Below, in pieces: positions 1-9,336 of a stretch of 64,000 bases of DNA; the stretch's first letter is position 1, and every line of letters begins with the position of its first letter. Under the pieces are notes generated by a model that made no database searches, was not told where the DNA came from, and saw nothing but the letters and a program-made list of their open reading frames with translations. Both the position numbers and the translations under genes were made by a program. Source of the stretch: an uncultured Lachnospiraceae bacterium (lineage in GTDB: Bacteria; Bacillota; Clostridia; Lachnospirales; Lachnospiraceae). The DNA lies in contig CAZGRM010000001.1 of the NCBI GenBank assembly GCA_964528295.1, forward strand, positions 4,206 to 68,205, in the 5' to 3' direction.

Positions 1-1
1 T

Positions 2-952
2 GGCCGGGTGTCGGCCAAAACCATTGAGAGGGTGAACCGCATCATTGAGGAATGCGGCTATGTGCCGAATCTCAGCGCCCGGAGCCTGACCAACAAAGCC
101 TCCCGTATTGTCGGCATCATCATCACCGCCGAAGATACGTCCGGGCATTCTGCCGACCGCTTCCTGGAGGACCCCTACATCAGCACCATGCTCAGCGCCA
201 TTGAGCGGAGGCTGCGGCACAGCGGCTACTATACCATGATCCGCTCCATCACAAATATGACGGACCTCACCGCCCTGATGAAAAACTGGAATCTGGACGG
301 CATTCTCTTCCTCTATCCGCCTTCCGGGGAGTTTCTCGCCTCTCTGACAGAGAGCACTCCCTGCCCGGTGGCTGTCTTTGACAGCGCCGCCGACCTGCCG
401 GATTTGATCAATGTCTGCTCCGATGACCAAAAGGGGCTGTATCTCTCCACAAAATACATGATCAACCTGGGACATACGAATATTGCCTTTGTGGCGGACT
501 ATGAGGGGAGTCCTCTGCTGACCGCCCGCTTCCGGGGATATCTGCGGGCGCTGAGGGAGTGCGGGCTTCCCTTCCGGCCGGAGTATGTGTTCGCGGAACC
601 GCCCACCTACCAGGGAGGCATCCAGGCCGGGAAAAAGATCGCTTCCCGCCGCAGCGGCATCTCCGCGGCGGTCACCACCGCGGATATCTGCGCCGTCGGG
701 ATCATGGAGGGCGCAAGGCTGGGGGGATACCGGGTACCGGTGAATCTGTCTGTGATCGGGTATGACAATCTGAGCCTGTGCCAGTACACCTCCCCAAAGC
801 TGACCTCCATCTCCCAGAATGTGGAGGAGAAGGCGCTGCGGGCTACGGATATGCTGCTGGAGCGGATTCAGACCGGAAAGCCGACGAAGGAGTCCAGGAT
901 TGTCATGGATGTGGAGCTGGTGGAGAGGCAGTCGGCGATTGGATTATTTTAA
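2..952 (+). CDS. LacI-family transcriptional regulator, 5'-truncated by the window edge
   Basis: Frame open from window start; hinge motif YVPNLSARSL, sugar-binding fold ending LSVIGYD...PKLTSISQ...LVERQS. Confidence 0.93.
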   Translation, partial: GRVSAKTIERVNRIIEECGYVPNLSARSLTNKASRIVGIIITAEDTSGHSADRFLEDPYISTMLSAIERRLRHSGYYTMIRSITNMTDLTALMKNWNLDGILFLYPPSGEFLASLTESTPCPVAVFDSAADLPDLINVCSDDQKGLYLSTKYMINLGHTNIAFVADYEGSPLLTARFRGYLRALRECGLPFRPEYVFAEPPTYQGGIQAGKKIASRRSGISAAVTTADICAVGIMEGARLGGYRVPVNLSVIGYDNLSLCQYTSPKLTSISQNVEEKALRATDMLLERIQTGKPTKESRIVMDVELVERQSAIGLF

Positions 953-975
953 GAAACCTGACCATGATTTGATAT

Positions 976-1079
976 GAAACACCGGTGAAATGCCCGGAGC
1001 GCGCTGGAACCTTGCTTTCCGCAGGATTTTTGCGGGAAGGAATGTTCCAAGGCGCTCGCAGGCATTCACCGGTGTTTTC
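976..1079. terminator. Long imperfect inverted repeat between convergent genes, probable bidirectional terminator
   Basis: GAAACACCGGTGAAATGCC...GGCATTCACCGGTGTTTTC, pairing over about 50 bp. Confidence 0.7.
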
Positions 1080-1105
1080 AGCAGTGAAACAGAGTCTAAT
1101 CGGTA

Positions 1106-2284
1106 TTAATGGTGGAACAGCCGGATACCGGTGAAGGCCATGGCGATTCCGTATTTGTCACAGGCGGCGATCACATCCGCGTCCCGGACAGAGCCGCCGG
1201 GCTGGGCGATATAGGCCACGCCGGATTTGTGGGCGCGCTCGATGTTGTCGCTGAAGGGGAAGAAGGCATCGGAGCCCAGGGTCACACCCTCCAGCTGGTC
1301 AAGCCAGGCTCTCTTCTCCTCCTCGGTAAAGACCTCCGGCTTCTCAGTGAAGACCTTCTGCCAGGCCCCCTCAGACAGCACATCCATATACTCGGCCCCA
1401 ATGTAAACATCAATGGCATTGTCCCGCTCCGCCCTCGTGATCTTGTCCGAGAAGGGAAGATTCAGCACCTTGGGGCACTGACGCAGAAACCAGTTGTCCG
1501 CCTTCTGGCCCGCCAGTCTGGTACAGTGAACCCGGGACTGCTGCCCTGCTCCGATGCCGATGGCCTGTCCGCCCTTCACGTAGCAGACCGAGTTGGACTG
1601 GGTGTACTTCAAGGTGATTAAGGCGATCTTCATGTCCATTTTTGCCTCTTCCGGAATTTCCTTTTTCTCAGTGACAAAATTGGAGATCAGCTCGTCGTTG
1701 ATGGGAAGCTCCTGCCGGCCCTGCTCAAAGGTGACGCCGTATACCTGCTTGTGCTCTAAGGGCGCCGGGCGGTAATTCTCATCGATCCGGATCACATTGT
1801 AGTTCCCCTTCTTTTTCTGGCGGAGAATCTCCAGCGCCTCCTCCGTGTAGCCCGGAGCAATCACACCGTCGGATACCTCCCGCTTAATCAGCATGGCCGT
1901 ATCCCGGTCGCAGACATCGGACAGGGCGATAAAATCACCGAAGGAGGACATGCGGTCCGCGCCTCTGGCCCTGGCATAGGCACAGGCCAGGGGAGACAGC
2001 TCTCCCTGATCCTCCACCCAGTAGATTCTGGCCAGGGTCTCGGAAAGGGGCAGACCCACGGCGGCTCCCGCCGGAGACACATGCTTGAAGGATGTGGCCG
2101 CGGGAAGACCGGTGGCCTGCTTCAGCTCCCGCACCAGCTGCCAGCCGTTGAAGGCGTCCAGGAAGTTGATGTAGCCGGGACGGCCGGAGAGCACCTGGAT
2201 GGGAAGGGCGCTTCCGTCGGCCATAAAGATCCGGGAGGGCTTCTGGTTCGGGTTGCATCCATATTTTAACTGTAATTCATTCAT
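1106..2284 (-). CDS. purH: AICAR transformylase (PurH formyltransferase domain only)
   Basis: [53 protein letters not shown]; start MNELQ follows AAAGGAG; no MGS-like cyclohydrolase domain. Confidence 0.93.
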   Translation of the reverse strand: MNELQLKYGCNPNQKPSRIFMADGSALPIQVLSGRPGYINFLDAFNGWQLVRELKQATGLPAATSFKHVSPAGAAVGLPLSETLARIYWVEDQGELSPLACAYARARGADRMSSFGDFIALSDVCDRDTAMLIKREVSDGVIAPGYTEEALEILRQKKKGNYNVIRIDENYRPAPLEHKQVYGVTFEQGRQELPINDELISNFVTEKKEIPEEAKMDMKIALITLKYTQSNSVCYVKGGQAIGIGAGQQSRVHCTRLAGQKADNWFLRQCPKVLNLPFSDKITRAERDNAIDVYIGAEYMDVLSEGAWQKVFTEKPEVFTEEEKRAWLDQLEGVTLGSDAFFPFSDNIERAHKSGVAYIAQPGGSVRDADVIAACDKYGIAMAFTGIRLFHH

Positions 2285-2337
2285 GATTGGGCTCCTTTCA
2301 TTCTTCGTTCGTCTCTTCTTCCGCAAAGGCAGCGGAA

Positions 2338-3051
2338 TCACTGGTTCTTATTTACGATTCTGGTTTTGTATGTTCCCGAGGCAATGTCAATGTAGCGGAC
2401 AAACAGCGACACCTTATTGTCCTCGTTCAGGCTGCTCCAAAGAAGCTCCGTGAAAGCGTCCATATCATCGGGAATGGCCACCAGCTTCGGTTCCCCCTCA
2501 AAGCTGGGAAGCGGATTGCCGTCGCACTTGTAGGTATGAATGAAATGGCCCTCCCCCGCCGCGCAGTTCTCATACGCGAAGGTATAGCGGTTGCAGGCTT
2601 CCGGATTGCCGTTATTGCTCTTCAGGATGGACATGGCATAGTTGTATCCGCCGTTTTCGATGTGCAGGATACCGGATATTCTGGGGGTATAGTTCGGGCC
2701 GTCCGGCTCAAACTCCCGGCACCTGAGACTCTGCTCGAAGGTCAGCTGATGATCCATTCCGTCGTAGATGGTATCGGTCTGGTCACCGTTGGTCACAATG
2801 GTTTTGTTGCCAAGCACACGCACCGGAGCGTAGATGATCAGGCTGGGATCCTGAAGCTTTGCCGGGTCAAAGGCCTGGGTGCGGATTCCCTCGCCGTCCT
2901 CCACAAAGATCCGGTTCCGGCTGTTCTCACTCCGTCCCATGATGAAGTACGCCGCCACCGCCTTTGTTCCGTCCGCGGATCTTCCGATCACAATTCCCCG
3001 TCCCGGATAGCTGTTCTCCCGCAGTTCCTTCTCCAAAGAAATCATTTCCAT
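2338..3051 (-). CDS. IMP cyclohydrolase (PurO-like Ntn-hydrolase)
   Basis: YPGRGI, YFIMGRSENSRNR, VTNGDQTD, FEPDGPNYTPRISG; directly upstream of the AICAR transformylase. Confidence 0.9.
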   Translation of the reverse strand: MEMISLEKELRENSYPGRGIVIGRSADGTKAVAAYFIMGRSENSRNRIFVEDGEGIRTQAFDPAKLQDPSLIIYAPVRVLGNKTIVTNGDQTDTIYDGMDHQLTFEQSLRCREFEPDGPNYTPRISGILHIENGGYNYAMSILKSNNGNPEACNRYTFAYENCAAGEGHFIHTYKCDGNPLPSFEGEPKLVAIPDDMDAFTELLWSSLNEDNKVSLFVRYIDIASGTYKTRIVNKNQ

Positions 3052-3080
3052 GTCTGTTCTCCTTTACTCATTTTTCCTGG

Positions 3081-3132
3081 AAAAAAATATAAGACCGCAC
3101 CTCTGCCACATTCCTGTGCCCAGACGGTCGGC
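3081..3132 (-). terminator. Riboswitch expression-platform terminator
   Basis: Minus strand GACCGTCTG...CAGAGGTGCGGTC followed by TTATATTTTTTT, overlapping the 3' end of the aptamer. Confidence 0.65.
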
Positions 3133-3189
3133 CTCCTCAAACACCCATACTCCCTGTGGTCAATCCCACTTCCGTCAGTCATATGAGCA
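3117..3189 (-). ncRNA. ZMP/ZTP (pfl) riboswitch
   Basis: Minus strand CATATGACTGACGGAAGTGGGATTGACCACAGGGAGTATG...GCCGACCGTCTGGGCA matches the pfl consensus; lies 5' of IMP cyclohydrolase-purH. Confidence 0.92.
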
Positions 3190-3459
3190 TCTACACCATA
3201 CCATCATTCTCAAAAAAAATCAACCTTATTTTCCCATATTTCTCACCGTATTATTTTTACCATATTCTTTTCCATTATGCCTCCTCTGTTTTCCGGGAGA
3301 TAAATTTCATAAAAAAGGGATTGACTTATCTATTCTTTTGTGATATTATTTTTATAATTTATTACATATTCTATCAAAAAGTTGCTATACATTCTTATCA
3401 TACCTTCAAAATAACTCTGTCATACCCCTGTAAAATATGATAAAATAAAGGAGAATAAA

Positions 3460-4338
3460 ATGGCTAAAATCGAAAGCATGATACCATTAAAGGAACTGAA
3501 CCTTACAAACCGCTTTCTTTTTGACGAGGTGATGGAGGATCCCGGCACACATCAGGATGTACTGAGTATCATTCTGGACCGGGAGATTCCTCTCATACGG
3601 GAAAATGAGACGGAAAAAGAGCTGCGCAGATCGCCGTCGGTCCGCTCCGTCCGAATGGATGTTTTCGCCATGGATGAGGACCAGACCGTGTACAACACAG
3701 AAATGCAGGCGCAAAAGAAAATGGATCTGGCAAGACGGAGCCGCTATTATCAGTCGATGATCGACGCCACGCTTCTGCCCCCGGGCATACCGGACTACAG
3801 CCGCCTCAATGCGTCCTACATCATTATCATCATGTCATTTGACCTCTTCGGCCGCGGAAAATACCGCTACACCTTCGGCGCCTCCTGCCTGGAGGTACCG
3901 GAATGCCGTCTCCAGGACGGTACCTGCCGTATTTTTCTGAATACAAAGGGCAGAAATGAAGATGAGGTGTCAAAGGAGCTGGTGGAATTTCTTCACTATG
4001 TAGAACATACCACCGACGAGGCCGCCGCCGGGTCTGAAAGCATCCGTCTGAAAAGAATCCACGACCGGGTATGTCAGGTCCGGGCCAGTGAGGAGATAGG
4101 AGTGAAATATATGCAGGCATGGGAAGAAAAATATTTCGATAAACAGGAAGGGATCGAACAGGGGATCAAGCAGGGAATACAGCAGGGAAAACTTCAAAAG
4201 CTGAAAGAACTGATCCAGATCAAACTGGCAAAGGGAAGGTCCGTAGAAGAGATCGCTGACGCGTTGGAGGAGGATGCCGGTACCATCCGGGAATTGGTGG
4301 AGGAGCTGAGTTTAGACCGGGAAGAAGGCGGCAAATAG
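3460..4338 (+). CDS. Rpn/YhgA-family PD-(D/E)xK nuclease (PDDEXK_2, 'putative transposase')
   Basis: RMDV...NTEMQ, RSRYYQS, IFLNTKG, C-terminal EGIEQGIKQGIQQGK repeat plus HTH tail; AAGGAG RBS. Confidence 0.9.
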   Translation: MAKIESMIPLKELNLTNRFLFDEVMEDPGTHQDVLSIILDREIPLIRENETEKELRRSPSVRSVRMDVFAMDEDQTVYNTEMQAQKKMDLARRSRYYQSMIDATLLPPGIPDYSRLNASYIIIIMSFDLFGRGKYRYTFGASCLEVPECRLQDGTCRIFLNTKGRNEDEVSKELVEFLHYVEHTTDEAAAGSESIRLKRIHDRVCQVRASEEIGVKYMQAWEEKYFDKQEGIEQGIKQGIQQGKLQKLKELIQIKLAKGRSVEEIADALEEDAGTIRELVEELSLDREEGGK

Positions 4339-4384
4339 CCGCCTCCCCCATTTGGGACAAATCACCAAGCCCCTCTTGCGGCAT

Positions 4385-5278
4385 CTAGAGAAAATACTGC
4401 CGAAAAATTTCTTCCACCGCGGCCTTTGAGTTTCCGGCGAGGAAGGGGCTGTCCCGGTCATAGGGCAGGGGCCTGCCGTCCAGGCCGCGGATATCGCCGC
4501 CCGCCTCCCTCAGGATCAGTCTCGCCCCGTTATGATCCCAGGGTGAGGATTTGATCGCGATACAGAGATCGGCCCTGCCGCTGGCCACCTGGCAGAGCTC
4601 CAGCGCCACCGATCCCAGGCTTCTCACTCCCCGCACATCCCGGGCCAGCCGAGCAAAGGCTTCCTTCTTCTCATGGTCCCCCAGAAAAAGGTCCGTGACG
4701 CAGGGGCAGGTGAGCAGCATATTTCTGCTTTCTTTCACACAGGACGCGCGCAGTCTGCTCCCGTTCATCCAGGCGCCCCGGCCGCTTTGGGCGGAATAGC
4801 ATCTGTCCCCCTCCACATCCAGAACGATCCCGAAACTCATCTGGCCATTCACGGCGCAGCCCACGGATATGGCATAATTGCGGCGCTGATTCACAAAATT
4901 CGTGGTCCCGTCGATGGGGTCCAGATACCAGACCGCCTCCGCTTTATGCTCCGGCAGCTCCGTTTCGCGGCCTCCCCGGCGCTTTGCGGTTTTCTCCTCG
5001 GAGTCCCCTTCACGCCCCGCGGCCCTCCCCTCGAAGTCTTCTCCCTGCTTCGCGGCTCCCTCCCTGCGGTCTATGGAAAATTCCTCCCCCACGATCCTGT
5101 CATTGGGGAAGGCCTCCAGTATTTTCTTTCTCAGATACCGCTCTATTTCCCGGTCGCATTTTGTCACGATATCCTGATGGCCGCTTTTCTCAGCAATTTC
5201 CAGTGGTTCTTCCCGCATGGAAAGCAGCCTGTCCTTCGCCCTGCTCACCCATTCCATCGCACGTTCATACCGACTCAT
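4385..5278 (-). CDS. Inositol monophosphatase family protein
   Basis: VTKCD, GEE, WYLDPIDGTTNF, RSLGS, WD motifs. Confidence 0.92.
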   Translation of the reverse strand: MSRYERAMEWVSRAKDRLLSMREEPLEIAEKSGHQDIVTKCDREIERYLRKKILEAFPNDRIVGEEFSIDRREGAAKQGEDFEGRAAGREGDSEEKTAKRRGGRETELPEHKAEAVWYLDPIDGTTNFVNQRRNYAISVGCAVNGQMSFGIVLDVEGDRCYSAQSGRGAWMNGSRLRASCVKESRNMLLTCPCVTDLFLGDHEKKEAFARLARDVRGVRSLGSVALELCQVASGRADLCIAIKSSPWDHNGARLILREAGGDIRGLDGRPLPYDRDSPFLAGNSKAAVEEIFRQYFL

Positions 5279-5311
5279 TCCACACCACACTCACTTTCTG
5301 CTGATTTTCTT

Positions 5312-6838
5312 TCACCATCTTACCATAAATTTGTAATTGTGGCCAGATGAAAGGGGGCTGTGCGCTCTGATATATCTGGCGATCAGCTCCGGCATTTCCT
5401 CGGAGCCCCTCCACAGTACCCGGCACCGGCCAAGGCTTTCGTATCCTCCGGTCCCCGTGGCCCGGTAATTGCTGGTGACCAGACGGTACTTCTGATCTGT
5501 CAGGGGCGAGCCGTCCAGCTTCCGCAGCCGCGTCACCCGGTCCCCCACCGGCCTTCTCAGGTCAAACTCATAATCAAGGCCCGCGTAAAAATCATAATTA
5601 TAATGCTCTACCTTCGGCTTTAGAAATTCCTCCGACACCGCGGGGCTTCCCTCCTCCAGGGTAAAGTAGGAGGCGCACCGCTCCAGCGACGCCTTCAGCA
5701 CCTCCCGGTCCACCTCCAGCACCACAAGGGTATTGGCAAAGAGGTAGGCCCCGCAGATGTTCCGCATGGTGACGCGCCTCCTCAGACCCACCGGGCTGTT
5801 TCCCAGGCTGATGCAGGAAAAATCCGCCCCCGTCTCACTGAGCTGCACCTCATTAAAAAGCGCCGCCACCTGGCTTCCTCCCAGAGCGGCCGCCAGCTTT
5901 TCCTCCGGCAAAATTTCCCGGCACAGGGCCCCCACCGGCTCATCCAGCCATCGCTGAGTGTCCTCCTCCACCGGAAGCAGCTGCCGGTAGAGCCAGGGAG
6001 CGTGATTATCCCGGACCCTTTCCATGGAGGAGGTCACAGACAACGCTCTATCCTCCTCCCACTCTGCCCGCAGCCTCACATAGTGGGTCGCGTTTGCCGG
6101 AGGCTGCGCCGCATAGGTGCCATTGAGTTCCACTCCCTCCACCATCATATGCTGATGGCCCGTGAGCAAAATATCAAAATCCAGCTCTCTGGCGATCCTG
6201 CATGCCACATTCTCCCCGCTGTCCGACAGAAGCTGTCCGCTGTCCAGATCCTCCTCAAAGCCCCCGTGGTAGATACAGATCTGAATGTCCGAACAGATCC
6301 GCAGCCGCTCACAGGCCTCCCTCGCCGCCTCAAAGGCGTCCGTCACCTGAAGCCATCTGAGATTCTGGGGCTGCTCCCAAATCATGACATAGTCCGTGAC
6401 GATCCCTGTGATTCCCACCCGCAAGCCGTTCTCCATGACGCGCACCGTCCATTTTTTCAGCGGAAGCTCCCCCTTCTTGTCCACCAGATTGGCGCACAGG
6501 CACTCTCCCTCCATCGCTTCCAGATATTCCTTTATCACCTGGTAGCCAAAGTTAAAATCATGATTTCCCAGGGTAAAATAATCACAGCCCAGGGCGTTGA
6601 AGGCCTGTGCCATGGGGTGGAAGGGATAGTCGCCGCTGTGGGCGATATAATATTGGGACAGGGGGGTGCCCTGGAGGGTGTCGCCTCCGTCCAGAATCAG
6701 AGTGTTTTCCTCCCTCCTGATCTGGCCGGCCATGTTCAGAAGTCCCGAATGCTCCTCCCTGGCCCCGGGGTAATCCACGGGAAACACATGCCCGTGAGTA
6801 TCCGATGTATAAAACAGATTCAATACCTTTTTTGCCAT
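5312..6838 (-). CDS. Metallophosphoesterase/5'-nucleotidase (2',3'-cyclic phosphodiesterase-like), no signal peptide
   Basis: SDTHGH, DGGDTLQG, GNHDFNFG, HGGFE, GHQH motifs plus 5'-nucleotidase C-domain (YLFANTL, SNYRATG). Confidence 0.9.
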   Translation of the reverse strand: MAKKVLNLFYTSDTHGHVFPVDYPGAREEHSGLLNMAGQIRREENTLILDGGDTLQGTPLSQYYIAHSGDYPFHPMAQAFNALGCDYFTLGNHDFNFGYQVIKEYLEAMEGECLCANLVDKKGELPLKKWTVRVMENGLRVGITGIVTDYVMIWEQPQNLRWLQVTDAFEAAREACERLRICSDIQICIYHGGFEEDLDSGQLLSDSGENVACRIARELDFDILLTGHQHMMVEGVELNGTYAAQPPANATHYVRLRAEWEEDRALSVTSSMERVRDNHAPWLYRQLLPVEEDTQRWLDEPVGALCREILPEEKLAAALGGSQVAALFNEVQLSETGADFSCISLGNSPVGLRRRVTMRNICGAYLFANTLVVLEVDREVLKASLERCASYFTLEEGSPAVSEEFLKPKVEHYNYDFYAGLDYEFDLRRPVGDRVTRLRKLDGSPLTDQKYRLVTSNYRATGTGGYESLGRCRVLWRGSEEMPELIARYIRAHSPLSSGHNYKFMVRW

Positions 6839-6843
6839 TTCCT

Positions 6844-7653
6844 CTAACCTCTCGCCAGCTTTACCCGGATCCTTGTGGAGATCCATTCCACGATAAGCAC
6901 CAGCACAATCAATCCCACCAGAATGGCCCCCGCCTCATTCCACCGGTAGCTGTTCATCGCAAAAATCAGCGGGGCTCCGATACCTCCCGCCCCCACCAGG
7001 CCCAGCACCGTGGTGTCTCTCAGATTGATGTCGAACCGGTAGATGGCCGTGGAGGCAAAGTTCGGCATGAGCTGGGGCAGAATACCGCAGCGGATCTTCT
7101 GCCAGGTGTCGCATCCCGCCGCGTCCAAGGACTCCAGCACCTTGGTGTCCAGATCCTCGATGGCTTCAATATACATCTTGCTCACCATGCCCACGGAGCA
7201 CAGGGACATGGTCAAAAGGCCCGCAAAGGCTCCCGGCCCCGTCACCCGGATAAACATCAGCCCGTAGACAAAGGCCGGCACGGTCCGCACCGCCATGATG
7301 ATCACTCTCCCTGCGAAGGCCACCGGCCTGGGAGTAAGGTTGGAGGCGGACAGAAAGGCCAGCGGCACCGAGATCACAGCTCCCACCACCGTGCCGAGAA
7401 AGGCAATGCAAATCGTCTCCAGCAAAAGATAGGGCACCCCCTGAACCGTCAGGTTAAACAAAAGGGCCGTGTCCGGGTGAAAAATTCCCGACAGGATATT
7501 CGCCGCGATTTTGCCTCCGTTTTGTGTGGTGCCGCTGGTCTCCACTCCGGAGCCGCTCCACACCAGCAAAGCGATGGCCACCAGAGCCACCGCCAGCTCA
7601 AACACCCATTTCCTCGGCCGTTCCTCATACGCCTTTTCTATTCTCTTATTCAT
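6844..7653 (-). CDS. phnE: Phosphonate/phosphate-ester ABC permease
   Basis: RTVP, EAIEDLD, YRFDINLR, GLVGAGGIG. Confidence 0.9.
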   Translation of the reverse strand: MNKRIEKAYEERPRKWVFELAVALVAIALLVWSGSGVETSGTTQNGGKIAANILSGIFHPDTALLFNLTVQGVPYLLLETICIAFLGTVVGAVISVPLAFLSASNLTPRPVAFAGRVIIMAVRTVPAFVYGLMFIRVTGPGAFAGLLTMSLCSVGMVSKMYIEAIEDLDTKVLESLDAAGCDTWQKIRCGILPQLMPNFASTAIYRFDINLRDTTVLGLVGAGGIGAPLIFAMNSYRWNEAGAILVGLIVLVLIVEWISTRIRVKLARG

Positions 7654-7666
7654 CCCAATCCCTCCG

Positions 7667-8488
7667 CTAAACCAGCCGCTTCCGGGCCGCTCTGCTGATA
7701 CTCTCAATCAAGAATACCGTCACAAACAGGGCAATCAAAATCATTCCCACGCTGTCATACTCTCTCCAGCCGATCTTCTCGTTTAAAATGAGGCCGAGAC
7801 CGCCGGCTCCCACATAGCCCAGAATGGAGGCGTACCGCACATTTCCCTCAAAGCAAAACAGGCAGTTTGACAGGTAGGAGGGCAGCACCTGGGGAACGAT
7901 GGCGCTGATAAAGGCCTGCGCCTTCGTGGCTCCCATGGCCTCCATGGCCTCAAAGGCTCCCATATCCACCGTCTCGATCTCCTCATACAGAATTTTTCCG
8001 ATGTAGGCAAAGGTAAACACCGCGATGGCCGTGGTTCCGGCCAGCGTCCCCAGACCGAATATGTAGGTGGCGATCAGGGCCGTCACCAGCGTGGGCAGCG
8101 TGCGGACAATGCTGAGAAAAAGTCTCATGACACTCACCACGGCCCGGCTGTGTATCACATTTGTGGAGGCCAGCATGGCGAAGGGCACCACCAAAACGGA
8201 GCCCAGCACAGAACCCAGCAGGGACATTTTTATAGTGTCAAAAAGCGGCTTCCATATCTGAGGCATATAGCTCCACTTCGGCGGAAACATCTGCCCCAGA
8301 ATCACAAAGAATTGGCCGATTCTGCTCACCAGCACCGTCATGCTGAACCCCGTAATCTTCACGGAGAGCGCCGCGATGGCCAGCAAAACCGCCGCGATGA
8401 GGGGTTTTCTGGAGCGGTACTGCCTTACCGTCTTGCCGCTGGGAAGGGCAATCGTCCTGGGAGGGAACAATTTATCATAAATACTCAT
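7667..8488 (-). CDS. phnE: Phosphonate/phosphate-ester ABC permease
   Basis: RTLP, YEEIETVD, FEGNVR, GYVGAGGLG. Confidence 0.9.
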   Translation of the reverse strand: MSIYDKLFPPRTIALPSGKTVRQYRSRKPLIAAVLLAIAALSVKITGFSMTVLVSRIGQFFVILGQMFPPKWSYMPQIWKPLFDTIKMSLLGSVLGSVLVVPFAMLASTNVIHSRAVVSVMRLFLSIVRTLPTLVTALIATYIFGLGTLAGTTAIAVFTFAYIGKILYEEIETVDMGAFEAMEAMGATKAQAFISAIVPQVLPSYLSNCLFCFEGNVRYASILGYVGAGGLGLILNEKIGWREYDSVGMILIALFVTVFLIESISRAARKRLV

Positions 8489-9237
8489 ACGGCTTCCCCC
8501 TGTTCTCCCTGATAAATCTCATCCAGCACTCTCTGGTCCACATCCTCCGCCGCCCCGTCATAGACGATCCGTCCCTCCCGGATCCCGATCACTCTGGAGG
8601 CGTACCGAAGGGCCAGATCCACATGGTGAATGTTGATCAGCACCGTGATATTGGTCTCCCTGTTGATCCGCAGGAAATCGTCCATCACCTGCTTCGCCGT
8701 CACCGGATCCAGAGCCGCCACCGGCTCGTCCGCCAGGATGATCCTGGGATTTTGGGCCAGTGTCCTGGCCAGGGCCACTCTCTGCTGCTGTCCGCCGGAA
8801 AGCTGATCCGCCCGGACAAAGGCCTTGTCCAGGATTCCCACCTTATCCAGAGCCTCCAGGGCGGCGATCTTTTCCTCCTTCGTAAATATGCCAAAGGCGG
8901 CCCTCCACCAGGGCAGATCCGGCACAAAGGCGGTCAGCACATTTTTTATCACGGTGGTCCTGGTGATCAGATTAAAGGACTGAAAGATCATACCGATTTT
9001 TCTGCGGAAGCTTCTCAGGCTCTTTCCCTGCAGTGTCATCACGTCGGTGCCATCCACCGTCAGAGTGCCGGCGGTGATATCGTGCATTCTGTTGATGGTA
9101 CGGATCAGGGTGGATTTTCCGGCGCCGGAAAGGCCGATAATCGCCACAAATTCTCCCTGGTCAATGGTCAGATTCACATCCTTGAGTCCCTCGAAGCCAT
9201 TGGGGTACTTTTTCCCCACATTTTTAAATTCTATCAT
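8485..9237 (-). CDS. phnC: Phosphonate ABC ATP-binding protein
   Basis: GLSGAGKST, LSGGQQQRV, LADEPVAALDP, NIHHVDLA. Confidence 0.93.
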   Translation of the reverse strand: MIEFKNVGKKYPNGFEGLKDVNLTIDQGEFVAIIGLSGAGKSTLIRTINRMHDITAGTLTVDGTDVMTLQGKSLRSFRRKIGMIFQSFNLITRTTVIKNVLTAFVPDLPWWRAAFGIFTKEEKIAALEALDKVGILDKAFVRADQLSGGQQQRVALARTLAQNPRIILADEPVAALDPVTAKQVMDDFLRINRETNITVLINIHHVDLALRYASRVIGIREGRIVYDGAAEDVDQRVLDEIYQGEQGEAV

Positions 9238-9261
9238 CTCTTACCTCTTCTTCCGCCGCAA

Positions 9262-9321
9262 AAGGACCGCCGCAAAATGTCCCTTCCGAAGCTTTTACAT
9301 TTTACGGCGGCCCTGTTTTTC
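9262..9321. terminator. Intra-operon stem-loop between phnD and phnC
   Basis: CCGCCGCAAAATGT...ACATTTTACGGCGG inverted repeat. Confidence 0.5.
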
Positions 9322-9336
9322 ATCTGCCTGTTTTAC

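Noticed and set aside
3460-4338. Rpn gene as an active insertion sequence
   Set aside because: No terminal inverted repeats or target duplication seen; the family lacks demonstrated transposase activity
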